A stretch of 64,000 nucleotides of DNA from an uncultured Gammaproteobacteria bacterium (GCA_964617045.1 CAZTVZ010000001.1:136763-200762), one strand, 5' to 3'. Shown: positions 1 to 10,832, numbered from the stretch's first letter. The notes: generated by a model from the sequence alone, not told the origin. Made by a program: numbers and translations.

Positions 1-512
1 AACATGTATTCGTAATGTTCGTAATTTCTTTGGGCGTCACTAATAAGAAGTTGCCTTATAAATTCCGCTTGATCTTGATTAAATTCATTCACCCTTCCTT
101 GATTGTTAACTTTAGATTGGACACCCATTTCTTCAGCCGAAGGAACATAAAATTCTTTATCCAAAATAGAATATCTTGCGGACATTTCGTTCAAACTGGC
201 GGTTCTATGGCGAATCCATTGCCTTGCAACAAATATCGGCATTTTTGCATGAAACTTAAATTCAACCATTTCAAAAGGACTTGTATGGTCATGGCTTAAA
301 AGATGTTTGATCAAATCCGAATCTTCCCTGATTGTCCTTGTTCCTTTTCCATATGAAGTTCTTGCCGCTCGCGCGATTTCGGAGTCGGATCCCATGTAAT
401 CCACCAAATAAATAAATCCGTGATCAAGTACCGGAAATTCCTTCCCCATCATTTCTTCGGCTCCGGGATTAACCGGTCTTTTGGTATATTCTTGTGTAAA
501 TTCGGGGCTCAT
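1..512 (-). CDS. thyX: FAD-dependent thymidylate synthase ThyX (3' end runs off window)
   Basis: Manual translation from ATG at 512: MSPEFTQ...LDHGFIYLVDYMGSD...HTSPFEMVEFKF...PIFVARQWIRHRTASLNEMSARY, which contains the ThyX motif. Not in the ORF track. Confidence 0.93.
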   Translation of the reverse strand, partial: MSPEFTQEYTKRPVNPGAEEMMGKEFPVLDHGFIYLVDYMGSDSEIARAARTSYGKGTRTIREDSDLIKHLLSHDHTSPFEMVEFKFHAKMPIFVARQWIRHRTASLNEMSARYSILDKEFYVPSAEEMGVQSKVNNQGRVNEFNQDQAEFIRQLLISDAQRNYEHYEYM

Positions 513-562
513 GAAAGCTACAAGTTTTTATCAGTTATTGATCACCCATGTCAACGGGGAAA

Positions 563-2527
563 TTATTCTTTATCGTTTTGTTTTTGAAGTTTTGGATTTT
601 TCCAGCTTGCGTATTTGCACTCCGGATAGGCTGAACATCCGTAGAATTTTTTGCCTCTCCCTGTTTTTCTCACAATTACATCTCCTTTTCCACATTCGGG
701 GCATTTAATACCAACCTTTTCCATATATTTTTCGGTGTACTTGCATTCGGGAAAACGTTCGCAAGATATAAATTTTCCGAATCTTCCCAATCTTATTACC
801 AACTCACCTTCTTTACATTCCGGACATTTTCTTCCGAGTTTTTCGGTTTCGATTTTTACCCTTTCACTTTTTTCTCCCACATGTTCAAGTGTTTTCTCAA
901 AGGGCATATAGAAATCCTTAATTGCTTTGTTCCATTTAAGTTTTCCGTTGGCGACGGAATCAAGTTCATCCTCCATTTTGGCGGTAAAGGGATAATCGAT
1001 AATGTCATCAAAGTTTTTGTTTAAAAATTCATCAACTGCTTTACCCACAGATGTGGGTAAAAACTTCCCTTCCTGTTTTTCAACATAATTTCTTATTTGT
1101 ATTGTGGAAATAATCGGAGCATATGTTGAAGGCCTTCCTATTCCAAGTTTCTCAAGCATTTTGATAAGAGATGCTTCGTTATACCTGGCAGGCGGTTCTG
1201 TGAATAGTTGATTCGCGATAATCTCCAACAGCTTTAATTTTTCATTATTTTCTATTTCGGGAATTTTTTCGTATTCACCTTCAGGATCTTGTTTTGCGGG
1301 AATCAATGTTCTCCACCCGTTGAATTTGATAATTTGTCCTCGTTTGACAAGAAGATATTCTTTTTTTCCATTGGCAGTAATACTAACCGTTGTTTCGTCA
1401 TATATTGCGGGTGACATTTGCGAAGATACAAATCTTTTCCAAATAAGACCGAATAGGATCGATTCGTCTTTGCCGAATTTGGTTTCCTTTTCTTCAACCT
1501 TTGCATTTAGGTCTGTTGGTCTTATTGCTTCGTGTGCTTCTTGCGCAACTTTGGATGTTTTTTTATAAAAGTTGGGTTTTTCGGGAAGATATTCTTTTCC
1601 GTAATTTGTCTCAATATATTTTCTTACTTTTGTAATTGCTTGGGCGGAAATGTTTGTCGAATCAGTTCTGTGATACGTAATTAATCCTTGTTCATACAGT
1701 TTTTGAGCAACCGACATTGTTCTTTTGGCAGACCATCCGTAAATTCTTGCCGCTGCTTGTGACATCGTTGATGTTGTAAACGGAGCATATGGTCTTTTTA
1801 CAACTTCTTTTTTCTCAATACCCGTTACTACATAGTCGGATTTTTCAAGGTCGTTTTTAATTACTTCCGAATCTTTGGCGTTATCAGAAGAAAACTTTTT
1901 ACCTTCAACTTTCGAAAGTTCCGCAAGTAGTTCACCTTTTTTCGCTTGTAGTTTGGCGAATATTTTCCAATATTCAACCGGCTTGAAAGCTTCGATCTCT
2001 TTTTCTCTTTCAACAATTAATTTAACTGCTACTGATTGAACTCGTCCGGCAGACAAACCCCTTCTTACTTTTCTCCACAAAAGAGGTGACAGCTTGTATC
2101 CAACCAATCTATCGAGGACTCTTCTTGCCGTTTGCGCATCAACCAAATCTTTGTCAATTTCGGAAGGGTTATCAATTGCTTCTTCGACAGCCTCTTTAGT
2201 TATTTCGTGGAATGTTATTCGTTTTGATTTTTTCTTATCAGTTATTTCGGAGACATGCATCGCGATTGCTTCACCTTCACGATCAGGATCTGTTGCAATA
2301 TAGATATTGTCTGCTTTTTTGGACATTTTTCCGATTTCTTTTACATTGTCTGCTCTTTTCGGAACTTCTACATACTGGGGCTCGAAATCTTTTTCAATAT
2401 CAATTCCCAAGTTATTCTTGGGTAAATCCTTGATATGTCCGTATGTGGCTATTACGGAATAATCCTTGCCCAAAAATCTTTCCAGGGTTTTGGCTTTTGT
2501 CGGTGACTCTACAATAATTAATTTCAT
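563..2527 (-). CDS. topA: DNA topoisomerase I
   Basis: LIIVESPTKAK and ATDPDREGE Toprim motifs, SAGRVQS, ITYHRTD active site, C-terminal Zn ribbons; start taken at MKLIIVES. Confidence 0.97.
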   Translation of the reverse strand: MKLIIVESPTKAKTLERFLGKDYSVIATYGHIKDLPKNNLGIDIEKDFEPQYVEVPKRADNVKEIGKMSKKADNIYIATDPDREGEAIAMHVSEITDKKKSKRITFHEITKEAVEEAIDNPSEIDKDLVDAQTARRVLDRLVGYKLSPLLWRKVRRGLSAGRVQSVAVKLIVEREKEIEAFKPVEYWKIFAKLQAKKGELLAELSKVEGKKFSSDNAKDSEVIKNDLEKSDYVVTGIEKKEVVKRPYAPFTTSTMSQAAARIYGWSAKRTMSVAQKLYEQGLITYHRTDSTNISAQAITKVRKYIETNYGKEYLPEKPNFYKKTSKVAQEAHEAIRPTDLNAKVEEKETKFGKDESILFGLIWKRFVSSQMSPAIYDETTVSITANGKKEYLLVKRGQIIKFNGWRTLIPAKQDPEGEYEKIPEIENNEKLKLLEIIANQLFTEPPARYNEASLIKMLEKLGIGRPSTYAPIISTIQIRNYVEKQEGKFLPTSVGKAVDEFLNKNFDDIIDYPFTAKMEDELDSVANGKLKWNKAIKDFYMPFEKTLEHVGEKSERVKIETEKLGRKCPECKEGELVIRLGRFGKFISCERFPECKYTEKYMEKVGIKCPECGKGDVIVRKTGRGKKFYGCSAYPECKYASWKNPKLQKQNDKE

Positions 2528-2591
2528 TTTTTTGTTTTTCGTCAGATGACGTGCTCTTTCCAAAGTAGTTATTCTAGCAACTCTTGTCAAA

Positions 2592-3458
2592 TCATAGCCT
2601 TAAATCGTCAAGTATGTCTTTAGGGTTCAGTGCAATTTTTGCACCATTTTCTATTAACATATGGGTAACAAAAGATCCCGGATCAGTAATCTTTCCCGGG
2701 ATGGCGTAAACGGTTTTACCCTGATTTGCTGCATATGAAGAAGTTGTTAATGTTCCACTATTTTTTCTTCCTTCAACAACAAGCAATACTTTGGAAAATC
2801 CCGTTATGATTCTGTTTCTTTCGATAAAATTACCTGGCAAAGGTGGTGTACCCAAAGGATATTCTGTAATTGCCGCACCATTTTGAATGATTTTATTAAA
2901 CAAACCGTAGTTTTCGGAAGGATATATTCTGTCTAATCCCGATCCTAATATTGCTATCGTCCTACCTTTTCTTAACAGGGTTGTCTTGTGGGCGATCGAA
3001 TCAATTCCTCTGGCCATACCGGAAACAATGGTAACTCCATGATCGGCTAAATATTTGGAAAACATTACTGCCACTTCCTTGCCGTAATCTGAATTATTTC
3101 TCGATCCAACAATTGAAACCGATTCGCTATCTTTACTAAGAATATTTCCGATCATATACAGACATATTGGAGCACAATCAATTTCTTTTAAATTAATGGG
3201 GTAATTTTTATCAATAATTGTGATTATTTTTATTTCCCTGTTTCGATTATCCGAAATGTATTCAGTGAAATTAAATATATTTCGAAAAGTCAAAAATTGA
3301 TTTACAAGTTTTCGATTGACTCCGATTTTTATTAGTTCCGACTCGTCCGAATACCATATTTTTTTGTATGAAGAATAATAATCGAACAAAATTTTTAGTC
3401 TCGTAACGCCAAATCCGTTGAATGCGGATAAGGAAATCAGGCAGTCTCTTTCTTTCAT
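2592..3458 (-). CDS. dprA: DNA-processing protein DprA
   Basis: IVGSR, IVSGMARGIDS, FIERNRII and SGTLTT motifs; dprA-topA synteny. Confidence 0.95.
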   Translation of the reverse strand: MKERDCLISLSAFNGFGVTRLKILFDYYSSYKKIWYSDESELIKIGVNRKLVNQFLTFRNIFNFTEYISDNRNREIKIITIIDKNYPINLKEIDCAPICLYMIGNILSKDSESVSIVGSRNNSDYGKEVAVMFSKYLADHGVTIVSGMARGIDSIAHKTTLLRKGRTIAILGSGLDRIYPSENYGLFNKIIQNGAAITEYPLGTPPLPGNFIERNRIITGFSKVLLVVEGRKNSGTLTTSSYAANQGKTVYAIPGKITDPGSFVTHMLIENGAKIALNPKDILDDLRL

Positions 3459-5059
3459 GGATTAAATTGATAATCGAATATTTTTCTGGCAATAGGTCCC
3501 GCAACTTTTGAACCTTCTCCTCCACCTTCCACCAAAACTGTCATCACCATTTCCGGTTTTTCAGCAGGAGCAAAAACCGTAAACCATGCGTGAGTTTTTC
3601 CGTCGGTGTTTGTTTCTGCCGTTCCAGTTTTACAAGCAACCTGAGGAAGAAAATCAAAAAACGTATAACCAGTTCCTCCGGTTGTACATGTTTTAACCAT
3701 TCCTGATATTACCGTGTCTATGTGTTTGCTGTTTATGTTTAATTTTTGACAATTTCCGCTTCCGAATATTTTCGGGCTGCAATATTCACCCCCCGAAGCA
3801 ATTGTTGTTGTAATTGTGTTCACGGCTACGGGAGATAGTCCCAAATACCCCTGTCCGATTGAAAGGTGATATGTGTTTCCCAAGTACCATGATTCTCCAA
3901 TTGTTTTTTTCTTCCAGTCGGGAGTTGGAACCAATCCTGCAATTTCACCCGGGATATCAATTCCGGTATTTTTATCCAATTTAAATTTCTCTGCCCAATC
4001 ATCAATCTTTTTTATCCCCATAAGTTCTCCTATTTTATAAAAGAAAGTGTCCGTAGACCTGGCCAAAGCTTTTTCTACATTGATTTCCCCTTCGGTACTT
4101 CCATATTGCGTGTAATACCAATTGGTATACGAATATTCGTTTACGTTAATATATCCGACATCGTTATATAACCAATCCTTATCAATTACCCCTTCTGATA
4201 ATGCGGCAAGGGCAATAAGTGGTTTAAAAACAGAGCCGGGATGATATTGACCACCGATTGTTCGATTAAATAACGGAAGATTTTCATCGGTTAAATACTT
4301 ACCGATTTCTTTATCTTTGTTCTTCCCTACAAATATATTTGGGTCAAAAGAAGGAGAGCTGGCAAGAGCCAGCACTTGACCTTTCAGGTCGGTAATTACA
4401 ACTGCCGCTTTTTCTCCACCAAGTGAGTCGAAAGCCCTAACCTGCAATCCGTATGAAATATTTGTTTTAATATCCTTTCCCGGGACAGGCTCTCTACGTC
4501 CAATTGTTCGGATTTTTTCACCAAATGTATCAACCTCAACCAGTTCCTCTCCGTCAATTCCTCTTAAATCGCATTCGTATTGGCTTTCAAGTCCGGTCCT
4601 TCCGATCGAATCTCCAGATCTGTAAATTCCTTTTTCTGGACATTTAGGATTAACTTTCCCGACTTCGTTCTCGTTAACTTCACCAATATATCCTCCAGTA
4701 TGGGCAAACTTTTCTCCCAAAACATAAAATCTTGAGTACTCTTTTACTATTTCGCTTTCGGAGGCATCTTTGATCTCGTCGGTTTTTTTAAATCCTTCTT
4801 TTGGATCTATTACAATTCTTTTTTTAGTTTCGATATTGTCAATTAGAATTTCTCCGCCTCTTGCCAACACTTTTCCACGAGCAGCTTTAATGGGAATTCT
4901 TCTAATCCTGTTTCCTTCTGCTGCCGCTTTATAATAATCACCTTTGATAATTTGAAGTTCCAATAATCTTCCCGCCAAAAGAAGGAAGGCGAGAATTAGT
5001 ATCCCTCTCACAAACCATACTAACCAGCTTTGTGTTCTGGTGGAGGCAAGTGTTTCCAT
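3455..5059 (-). CDS. mrdA: Penicillin-binding protein 2 (class B transpeptidase)
   Basis: N-terminal TM; PGSVFK (SxxK), STD and KTGTAE motifs; adjacent to mreB. Confidence 0.88.
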   Translation of the reverse strand: METLASTRTQSWLVWFVRGILILAFLLLAGRLLELQIIKGDYYKAAAEGNRIRRIPIKAARGKVLARGGEILIDNIETKKRIVIDPKEGFKKTDEIKDASESEIVKEYSRFYVLGEKFAHTGGYIGEVNENEVGKVNPKCPEKGIYRSGDSIGRTGLESQYECDLRGIDGEELVEVDTFGEKIRTIGRREPVPGKDIKTNISYGLQVRAFDSLGGEKAAVVITDLKGQVLALASSPSFDPNIFVGKNKDKEIGKYLTDENLPLFNRTIGGQYHPGSVFKPLIALAALSEGVIDKDWLYNDVGYINVNEYSYTNWYYTQYGSTEGEINVEKALARSTDTFFYKIGELMGIKKIDDWAEKFKLDKNTGIDIPGEIAGLVPTPDWKKKTIGESWYLGNTYHLSIGQGYLGLSPVAVNTITTTIASGGEYCSPKIFGSGNCQKLNINSKHIDTVISGMVKTCTTGGTGYTFFDFLPQVACKTGTAETNTDGKTHAWFTVFAPAEKPEMVMTVLVEGGGEGSKVAGPIARKIFDYQFNP

Positions 5060-5060
5060 G

Positions 5061-6128
5061 TTATAAACCTTTGGTTACTCTTATTTTCGCAAGAAGTTGA
5101 GGATCTTCCAATACCCTCCCGCAACCTCTGGCAACACAAGTTAAAGGATCATCGGCAACCCATACAGGCATTTTTGTTGCATCTGATACTACTTTGTCGA
5201 TTCCCGGTATCATTGCTCCCCCTCCAGCAAGAGCAATACCTTTTTCCATTATGTCGGATATTAGCTCCGGAGGGGTTTCTTCCAACGTCTCCGCTATCGC
5301 CGTTATTATTTCTTGAATCATCGGAGCAAGCGCTTCCCTAATTTCACTGGATGCAAGTTTAACCGATTTGGGTAAACCAGATTCCAAATCCCTTCCCCTG
5401 ATAACAGCAAATTTATCCTTTCCCTCAAGACATGATCCAATATTAATTTTAACGTCTTCTGCGGTGGGCTGTCCCAATAATAATGAGTACTTCAATCTAA
5501 CGTAATTAATGATTGCATCATCCATCTCGTCTCCGGCAACTCTAATTGATCTGCCCAGGACAATACCCCCCAGAGATATAACGGCAATTTCCGACGTACC
5601 ACCACCAATGTCAACAATGAATAACCCTCCGGGGTCTTCGACGGGAAGTCCGGCCCCAATTGCTGCTGCCATAGGTTCTTCAATTAAATGTGCTTCTCTT
5701 GCTCCGGCGGCAATGGCTGCATCAGCAACCGCCCTTCTTTCTACCTCGGTAACACCGGAAGGAATACCAATAACGACCCTTGGTCTCGGAATTTTGGGAA
5801 TATTGCTACCCGTCTCGTGAACTTTTCTTATATAGTGAGTAAGCATAGCAGCTGTTGCATCAAAATCGGCAATAACCCCGTCTTTCAATGGTCTTATTGT
5901 CTCGATTGTACTCGGAGCCCTACCCATCATTTTTTTTGCAGAAGATCCGATTGCGAGAACTTCTTTGGATTTTTTATGCCTTGCGACAGCGGATGGTTCC
6001 CTTATTACTATTCCTTTTCCACGGACATGTACAAGCGTGTTTGCAGTACCAAGATCGATACCCACATCGTGAGAAAATAATCCGAGGAATTTATCTATTA
6101 AAAATAGTTTCATTTGATATCTCCGCAA
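5061..6128 (-). CDS. mreB: Rod shape-determining protein MreB
   Basis: IDLGTANT, IEEPMAAAIGAG, VDIGGGTSE, AGGGA motifs. Confidence 0.97.
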   Translation of the reverse strand: MRRYQMKLFLIDKFLGLFSHDVGIDLGTANTLVHVRGKGIVIREPSAVARHKKSKEVLAIGSSAKKMMGRAPSTIETIRPLKDGVIADFDATAAMLTHYIRKVHETGSNIPKIPRPRVVIGIPSGVTEVERRAVADAAIAAGAREAHLIEEPMAAAIGAGLPVEDPGGLFIVDIGGGTSEIAVISLGGIVLGRSIRVAGDEMDDAIINYVRLKYSLLLGQPTAEDVKINIGSCLEGKDKFAVIRGRDLESGLPKSVKLASSEIREALAPMIQEIITAIAETLEETPPELISDIMEKGIALAGGGAMIPGIDKVVSDATKMPVWVADDPLTCVARGCGRVLEDPQLLAKIRVTKGL

Positions 6129-6184
6129 GTATATTATTCAATATACACTTACGCAAAGAGCATTTTATATTAAAATAGTTAAAT

Positions 6185-8167
6185 ATGTATCATTTTTTCA
6201 ACAAACTTATAAACGTTCTTTTCAAAATTCTCCTTTTTACAATTCCTTTGGTACTCTGGATCTACAATTCCGAATTATTTGAATTCAACAAAACGGTTGT
6301 TTTATATGTTATGTCTCTTCTTATTTTTGGAGCATGGATCGCAAAAAGCATTGCAGTCAAAAAAATAATTTACAGAAAAAATATATTACTAATACCCGCC
6401 CTAATATTTTTGGCTTCACAAATAATATCAGCATTGGTATCGATTGATCCCCGTACTTCTTGGTTGGGATATTACTCTCGCTTCAACGGTGGCATCTCAA
6501 CAACGGTATGTTATTTGTTCCTGTTTTTCGCCTATATTTCGAATGTTGAAAAAGAAGAAAACAAAAAAAACATTAAATTTTTGCTTGCATCCGGATTATT
6601 GGTCTCAATTTACGGGATATTGCAAAAATTTGGAATTGATAAAGATGTGTGGGTTCAAGATGTTCAGGAAAGAATATTCTCGACACTGGGACAACCTAAC
6701 TGGTTGGGTACATGGATATCCATGTTAATTCCCCTGACTTATTTATTTTTTAGAAAAGGAAACAAAAAAACTGTATTTATTATTTCAACCATATTTTTTG
6801 CGACACTACTTTTTACTAAATCAAGATCGGCTCTTTTGGGATTTGGTTTAGCTTCGATTGTTCTTTCTCTATCCACATTTCTGGGTAAAGAGATCAAAAA
6901 TAACTTCACAAAACTTCTGGGGTTTTTTATTCCCTTTGTAATTCTAATAATAATCTTTGGAACACCGATTACTCCTTCGGTGTTTTCTTTAGGAAAACCT
7001 GCAGTAAATACTCCGAAAAATGTTCCCGTACTGGAAAGTGGCGGAACAGAATCGGGAGAAATAAGAAAAATTGTATGGCAGGGTGCTGTTGAAATTTGGA
7101 AACATTATCCGATTGTTGGTACCGGAGTGGAAACATTTGCTTATTCTTATTACAAATACCGACCCCTTGCCCATAATCTGGTTTCCGAATGGGACTTTTT
7201 ATACAACAAAGCACATAACGAATACCTCAATATCATGGCAAATACCGGAGCGTTGGGTTTAATTAGTTATTTGTTCTTTTTAGGCGCTTCACTTTACTTC
7301 ATGTATAGGTCAAAAAATGAAAATAAATGGATTTACATATCCGGATATGTATCCGTGCTGGTATCAAATGCATTTGGGTTTTCGGTTGTTCCCGTAAATT
7401 TAGTATTTTTCCTTCTTCCAGCATTCTGTTTAACCGAAGTATTTGAACAAAAAGAAATCAAAAAAGAATTTATGGTCGGATTAAATCTCAAAATGTTAGC
7501 AGTCGGCATATGGTTAATTGTTTTCGGATTATTATTCCTCGTTGTTAAATACTGGTATGCGGATACTTTGTATGCGATGGGGAAAAGCTATAACGATTCA
7601 AGCGATTTTATCCAAGGGCGAAAATATCTGATTAACGCCGTCAAACTATCACCGAATGAGGCAATCTATTGGAGCGAGCTTTCCCAGTCTTCAGCCGGAA
7701 TCGCTTCCAAGTTTCACGAAAGCAGTGAGGATCTGTCGGCAAGAGAAATTGCCGGATATTCGTTAAAGGAAATCGATATTGCCGAAAATTTATCTCCTCG
7801 TAATTTAAACATTCGAAGAGATAAATATTTTGTCCTTCTCAAACTTCTTCCTATCGACAACAACCTGCTCGAGATCATTAAAAACGACCTCCTTGATGCC
7901 ATTAATTTGGCCCCAACCGATGCTAAACTTTACTATTATCTTGCACTAACCTATATGCGTGCAGGAGAAGACCAAAAATCAATGGAGGTGTTAAAAAATA
8001 CCATTGAGCTTAAACCCAATTACAAAGATGCAAGGCTTGCATATGCAATTCTTCTTGGAGAAGCAGGAAAAAGGAAAGAGGCTGTCGAAGAGTTAAACTA
8101 CATCCTTAAAAATATTGACAGCAAAGACGAGTTTGTTAAGCAAGAACTTAACAAATATGCCAAATAA
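6185..8167 (+). CDS. O-antigen ligase-like polytopic membrane protein with C-terminal TPR repeats
   Basis: STLGQPNWLG, TKSRSA, GTGVETF and KAHNEYL Wzy_C-type motifs; helical TPR-like tail. Confidence 0.82.
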   Translation: MYHFFNKLINVLFKILLFTIPLVLWIYNSELFEFNKTVVLYVMSLLIFGAWIAKSIAVKKIIYRKNILLIPALIFLASQIISALVSIDPRTSWLGYYSRFNGGISTTVCYLFLFFAYISNVEKEENKKNIKFLLASGLLVSIYGILQKFGIDKDVWVQDVQERIFSTLGQPNWLGTWISMLIPLTYLFFRKGNKKTVFIISTIFFATLLFTKSRSALLGFGLASIVLSLSTFLGKEIKNNFTKLLGFFIPFVILIIIFGTPITPSVFSLGKPAVNTPKNVPVLESGGTESGEIRKIVWQGAVEIWKHYPIVGTGVETFAYSYYKYRPLAHNLVSEWDFLYNKAHNEYLNIMANTGALGLISYLFFLGASLYFMYRSKNENKWIYISGYVSVLVSNAFGFSVVPVNLVFFLLPAFCLTEVFEQKEIKKEFMVGLNLKMLAVGIWLIVFGLLFLVVKYWYADTLYAMGKSYNDSSDFIQGRKYLINAVKLSPNEAIYWSELSQSSAGIASKFHESSEDLSAREIAGYSLKEIDIAENLSPRNLNIRRDKYFVLLKLLPIDNNLLEIIKNDLLDAINLAPTDAKLYYYLALTYMRAGEDQKSMEVLKNTIELKPNYKDARLAYAILLGEAGKRKEAVEELNYILKNIDSKDEFVKQELNKYAK

Positions 8168-8192
8168 TAGGCTTAAATGATATAATAAGCTC

Positions 8193-8723
8193 ATGATTAG
8201 AAAAATCGTGAAGACGGGACATCCCGTACTTCGTAAAACAGCCAAACCGGTAAAAAGGATAGACAGAAAGGTTCTTCAATTGATTGAAGACTTGAAAGAC
8301 ACCCTAAAAACGCAAAAGGACCCAGAAGGGGTAGGTCTTGCGGCTTGCCAAATTGGTGAAAACATGCGGGTATTTGCCATGGTCAGGAGCGATAAGTCGA
8401 TCTTAATTGTTATTAATCCGGAAATTCTCTCTGTAAAAGAAATGACTCAAAAAGAAATTGAAAAAGAACCTTCTTTAATGGAAGGCTGTCTTTCTTTGCC
8501 GAATTACTACACTCCTCTTTCCAGATCCAAAGAGGTCAAGCTTAGATATATGACCGAAAAAGGAGAAACCAAAGAAGAAGTATTCAAAAATTTCGAAGCA
8601 CAAATTGTTCAGCATGAAGTTGACCACCTTGAAGGAATAATGTTTGTAGACAGGCTACTTGAACAGAAAAAAACACTTTACAAACTGGTCGGAAACGAAT
8701 GGGAAGAGGTAGAAATAATCTAA
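8193..8723 (+). CDS. def: Peptide deformylase
   Basis: GVGLAACQIG, EGCLS, QHEVDHLEG. Confidence 0.97.
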   Translation: MIRKIVKTGHPVLRKTAKPVKRIDRKVLQLIEDLKDTLKTQKDPEGVGLAACQIGENMRVFAMVRSDKSILIVINPEILSVKEMTQKEIEKEPSLMEGCLSLPNYYTPLSRSKEVKLRYMTEKGETKEEVFKNFEAQIVQHEVDHLEGIMFVDRLLEQKKTLYKLVGNEWEEVEII

Positions 8724-8724
8724 T

Positions 8725-9660
8725 ATGTTAAAAATTGTCTTTTTTGGCACACCCGCGTATGTTTTGCCCGTTTTGGAGAAACTTAGTAGGGTGTTTAGGG
8801 AAAAAAACAAATCTCCGATAATGGCTGTTGTTACACAACCACCAAAACCTTCAGGCAGAAAACAAAGATTGGAGTATTCCGCTGTAGACAGATGGGCTCA
8901 CGACAGGAAAATTCCTGTATATTACGAACCTTTCAAAATCGCCAGAGACGGAATAGAAGCAGACATTGCAATATTGGCAGCATACGGAGCAATTATTTCC
9001 GATAAGGTAATAAACCACTTTCCCAAGGGAGTATTAAATATTCATCCTTCACTTCTTCCGAAATTTAGAGGGGCTTCCCCTGTCCAGGCACAAATAATTT
9101 CCACCCCGGAAAAAACCGGTGTCACAATTATCAAACTGGACGAGCTAATGGATCATGGAGATATTATTACTCAATTTGAAGAGGAAATTACTCCTGAAGA
9201 CACCACCGAAAGCTTGAGAACAAGATTGTTTGAAAAATCCGCCGACGTTTTGGTGGAAACAATGAAACCATACTTAACCGGTAAAATTAAACCCAAAGAG
9301 CAAAACCACAAAAACGCCACGTTTACCAGGCTTATTAAAAAAGAACACGGATTTGTTCCTTCCCATATTATCGCAGCTCTAATTAAAGGAGGCACATTGG
9401 AAGAAGATTGGGAAATTGGAATAATTAAAGATTATTGCGTTAAACCCTCTGCCGAAATACTGGAAAGAATGTTAAAAGCTCTTAGTCCGTGGCCCGGTTT
9501 ATGGTCCAAGTTTCGTGTTAACGGAAAAGAGAGAAGAATCAAACTTCTTGAGCTTCACAACGAAAAAGGCATACTGGTAATTGATCGTGTTCAGGTTGAA
9601 GCAAGAAATCCCGTAACTTGGAGTGAATTTTTACGAGGTTATCCGAAAGCCGAATTTTAA
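8725..9660 (+). CDS. fmt: Methionyl-tRNA formyltransferase
   Basis: FFGTP, VVTQPPKP, NIHPSLLPKFRGASP; follows def. Confidence 0.95.
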   Translation: MLKIVFFGTPAYVLPVLEKLSRVFREKNKSPIMAVVTQPPKPSGRKQRLEYSAVDRWAHDRKIPVYYEPFKIARDGIEADIAILAAYGAIISDKVINHFPKGVLNIHPSLLPKFRGASPVQAQIISTPEKTGVTIIKLDELMDHGDIITQFEEEITPEDTTESLRTRLFEKSADVLVETMKPYLTGKIKPKEQNHKNATFTRLIKKEHGFVPSHIIAALIKGGTLEEDWEIGIIKDYCVKPSAEILERMLKALSPWPGLWSKFRVNGKERRIKLLELHNEKGILVIDRVQVEARNPVTWSEFLRGYPKAEF

Positions 9661-9884
9661 TTCTTTGAGGCTTCTTTTTTGAATTTCTTTATACACTTTG
9701 TACAAAGCAAAATTGTCTCTTTGCTTCCGTTTTTCTCCATAGTAAATTTCTGAAGATTAGGTTTGAAATCACGTCCAGTAACAGTGGTTCTTGAATTCCA
9801 CCTTTTACCTGCAACACCTCTTTTGTGACGATGTTGTCTTCCGACTGTTTTTCCTTTTCCGCAGTATGCGCAAATGTATGCCAT
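9657..9884 (-). CDS. rpmB: 50S ribosomal protein L28 (Zn-binding type)
   Basis: CAYCGK...FKPNLQ...CTKCIK. Confidence 0.9.
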   Translation of the reverse strand: MAYICAYCGKGKTVGRQHRHKRGVAGKRWNSRTTVTGRDFKPNLQKFTMEKNGSKETILLCTKCIKKFKKEASKN

Positions 9885-9955
9885 ATAATTTTCCCCAATC
9901 TTTTGTGCTTTGAGGTTAGCTATTATACAATTAACTCTACTATTTCGTAAAGCCC

Positions 9956-10606
9956 ATGACTATATTAATCTGGATTCTAGCTTTTGCAATTGCCATTACT
10001 GTCCATGAAGCGGCACACGCATGGATGAGTTTCCGTTTGGGTGACCCTACGGCAAAACTGGACGGCAGGCTCTCTCTTAACCCGATAAAACACTACGATC
10101 CGGTCGGAACCACCCTTCTTTTGGTAACCGCTATTATGAGGTCCTTTGGACTTCCAGTTATTCCTTTCGGTTGGGCCAAGCCTGTTGAATACGATCCGTA
10201 TAATCTGAAAAATCCCAGAAAAGACGCCGCATTGATTTCTCTTTCAGGCCCAATGGCCAACATTCTTGTTGCCATACTTTTGGCTGCTCTTACACGTATT
10301 TTCGGAGGTCCTTTCTCTCCTTACAATTTTGTCCTAAACATCGTATTCCCAATTATTCTTCTTAATGTATCACTGGCGATATTCAACCTTCTTCCTATTC
10401 ACCCTCTTGACGGGGGTAAAGTGTTGGTTGGGATTCTTCCCGAAGACACATATCACGAAGTTGACAGATTTTTGAGAAGATACGGAACGATTATTCTGTT
10501 GATGCTCATATTCCCCGTTTTCGGAGGAACATCACTATTATTTACAATCATCTCCCCAATACTTAATTTAATATTGAACCTCTTGTTACCCGGATATTTT
10601 GTTTGA
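9956..10606 (+). CDS. Site-2 protease, M50 family
   Basis: HEAAH, GDPTA, FNLLPIHPLDG motifs. Confidence 0.92.
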   Translation: MTILIWILAFAIAITVHEAAHAWMSFRLGDPTAKLDGRLSLNPIKHYDPVGTTLLLVTAIMRSFGLPVIPFGWAKPVEYDPYNLKNPRKDAALISLSGPMANILVAILLAALTRIFGGPFSPYNFVLNIVFPIILLNVSLAIFNLLPIHPLDGGKVLVGILPEDTYHEVDRFLRRYGTIILLMLIFPVFGGTSLLFTIISPILNLILNLLLPGYFV

Positions 10607-10630
10607 CAGATTGACTCCTATTGCTACAAT
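10603..10630 (+). promoter_or_regulatory. sigma70-type promoter of the 6S-like RNA
   Basis: TTGACA (10603-10608), 16 bp spacer, TGc-TACAAT extended -10 (10622-10630). Confidence 0.65.
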
Positions 10631-10637
10631 GTAATTA

Positions 10638-10780
10638 CCCTGATCGAAGGGAGCCGAGATAATCTTTCCTGATCAATAACTAATTTAGGGAAGGCGGAGT
10701 CTTTTAAGCCCTTTGGACTTAAAGGCAGCTTACCCACCTGGATTTTCCAGGAAAAATTAGTCCGGTTCTCCGAGACAGGG
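10638..10780 (+). ncRNA. ssrS: 6S RNA-like long hairpin with central bubble
   Basis: CCCTG/CAGGG closing stem; GGGAGCCG/CGGTTCTC and TTTCCTG/CAGGAAA helices; AU-rich bubble; apical hairpin; begins 8 nt after a -10 box. Confidence 0.6.
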
Positions 10781-10832
10781 CTGACCTCGTACCCCTCCAA
10801 TTTGCGCGTATATTTGGTATAATTTCATTTAC

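Noticed and set aside
15-708. Plus-strand ORFs 15-299 and 481-708
   Set aside because: They are antisense shadows of thyX and topA.
10638-10780. RNase P or SRP RNA identity for the hairpin
   Set aside because: It has no GAGGAAAGUCC P4 motif and no SRP domain IV motif, and it is too short for RnpB.
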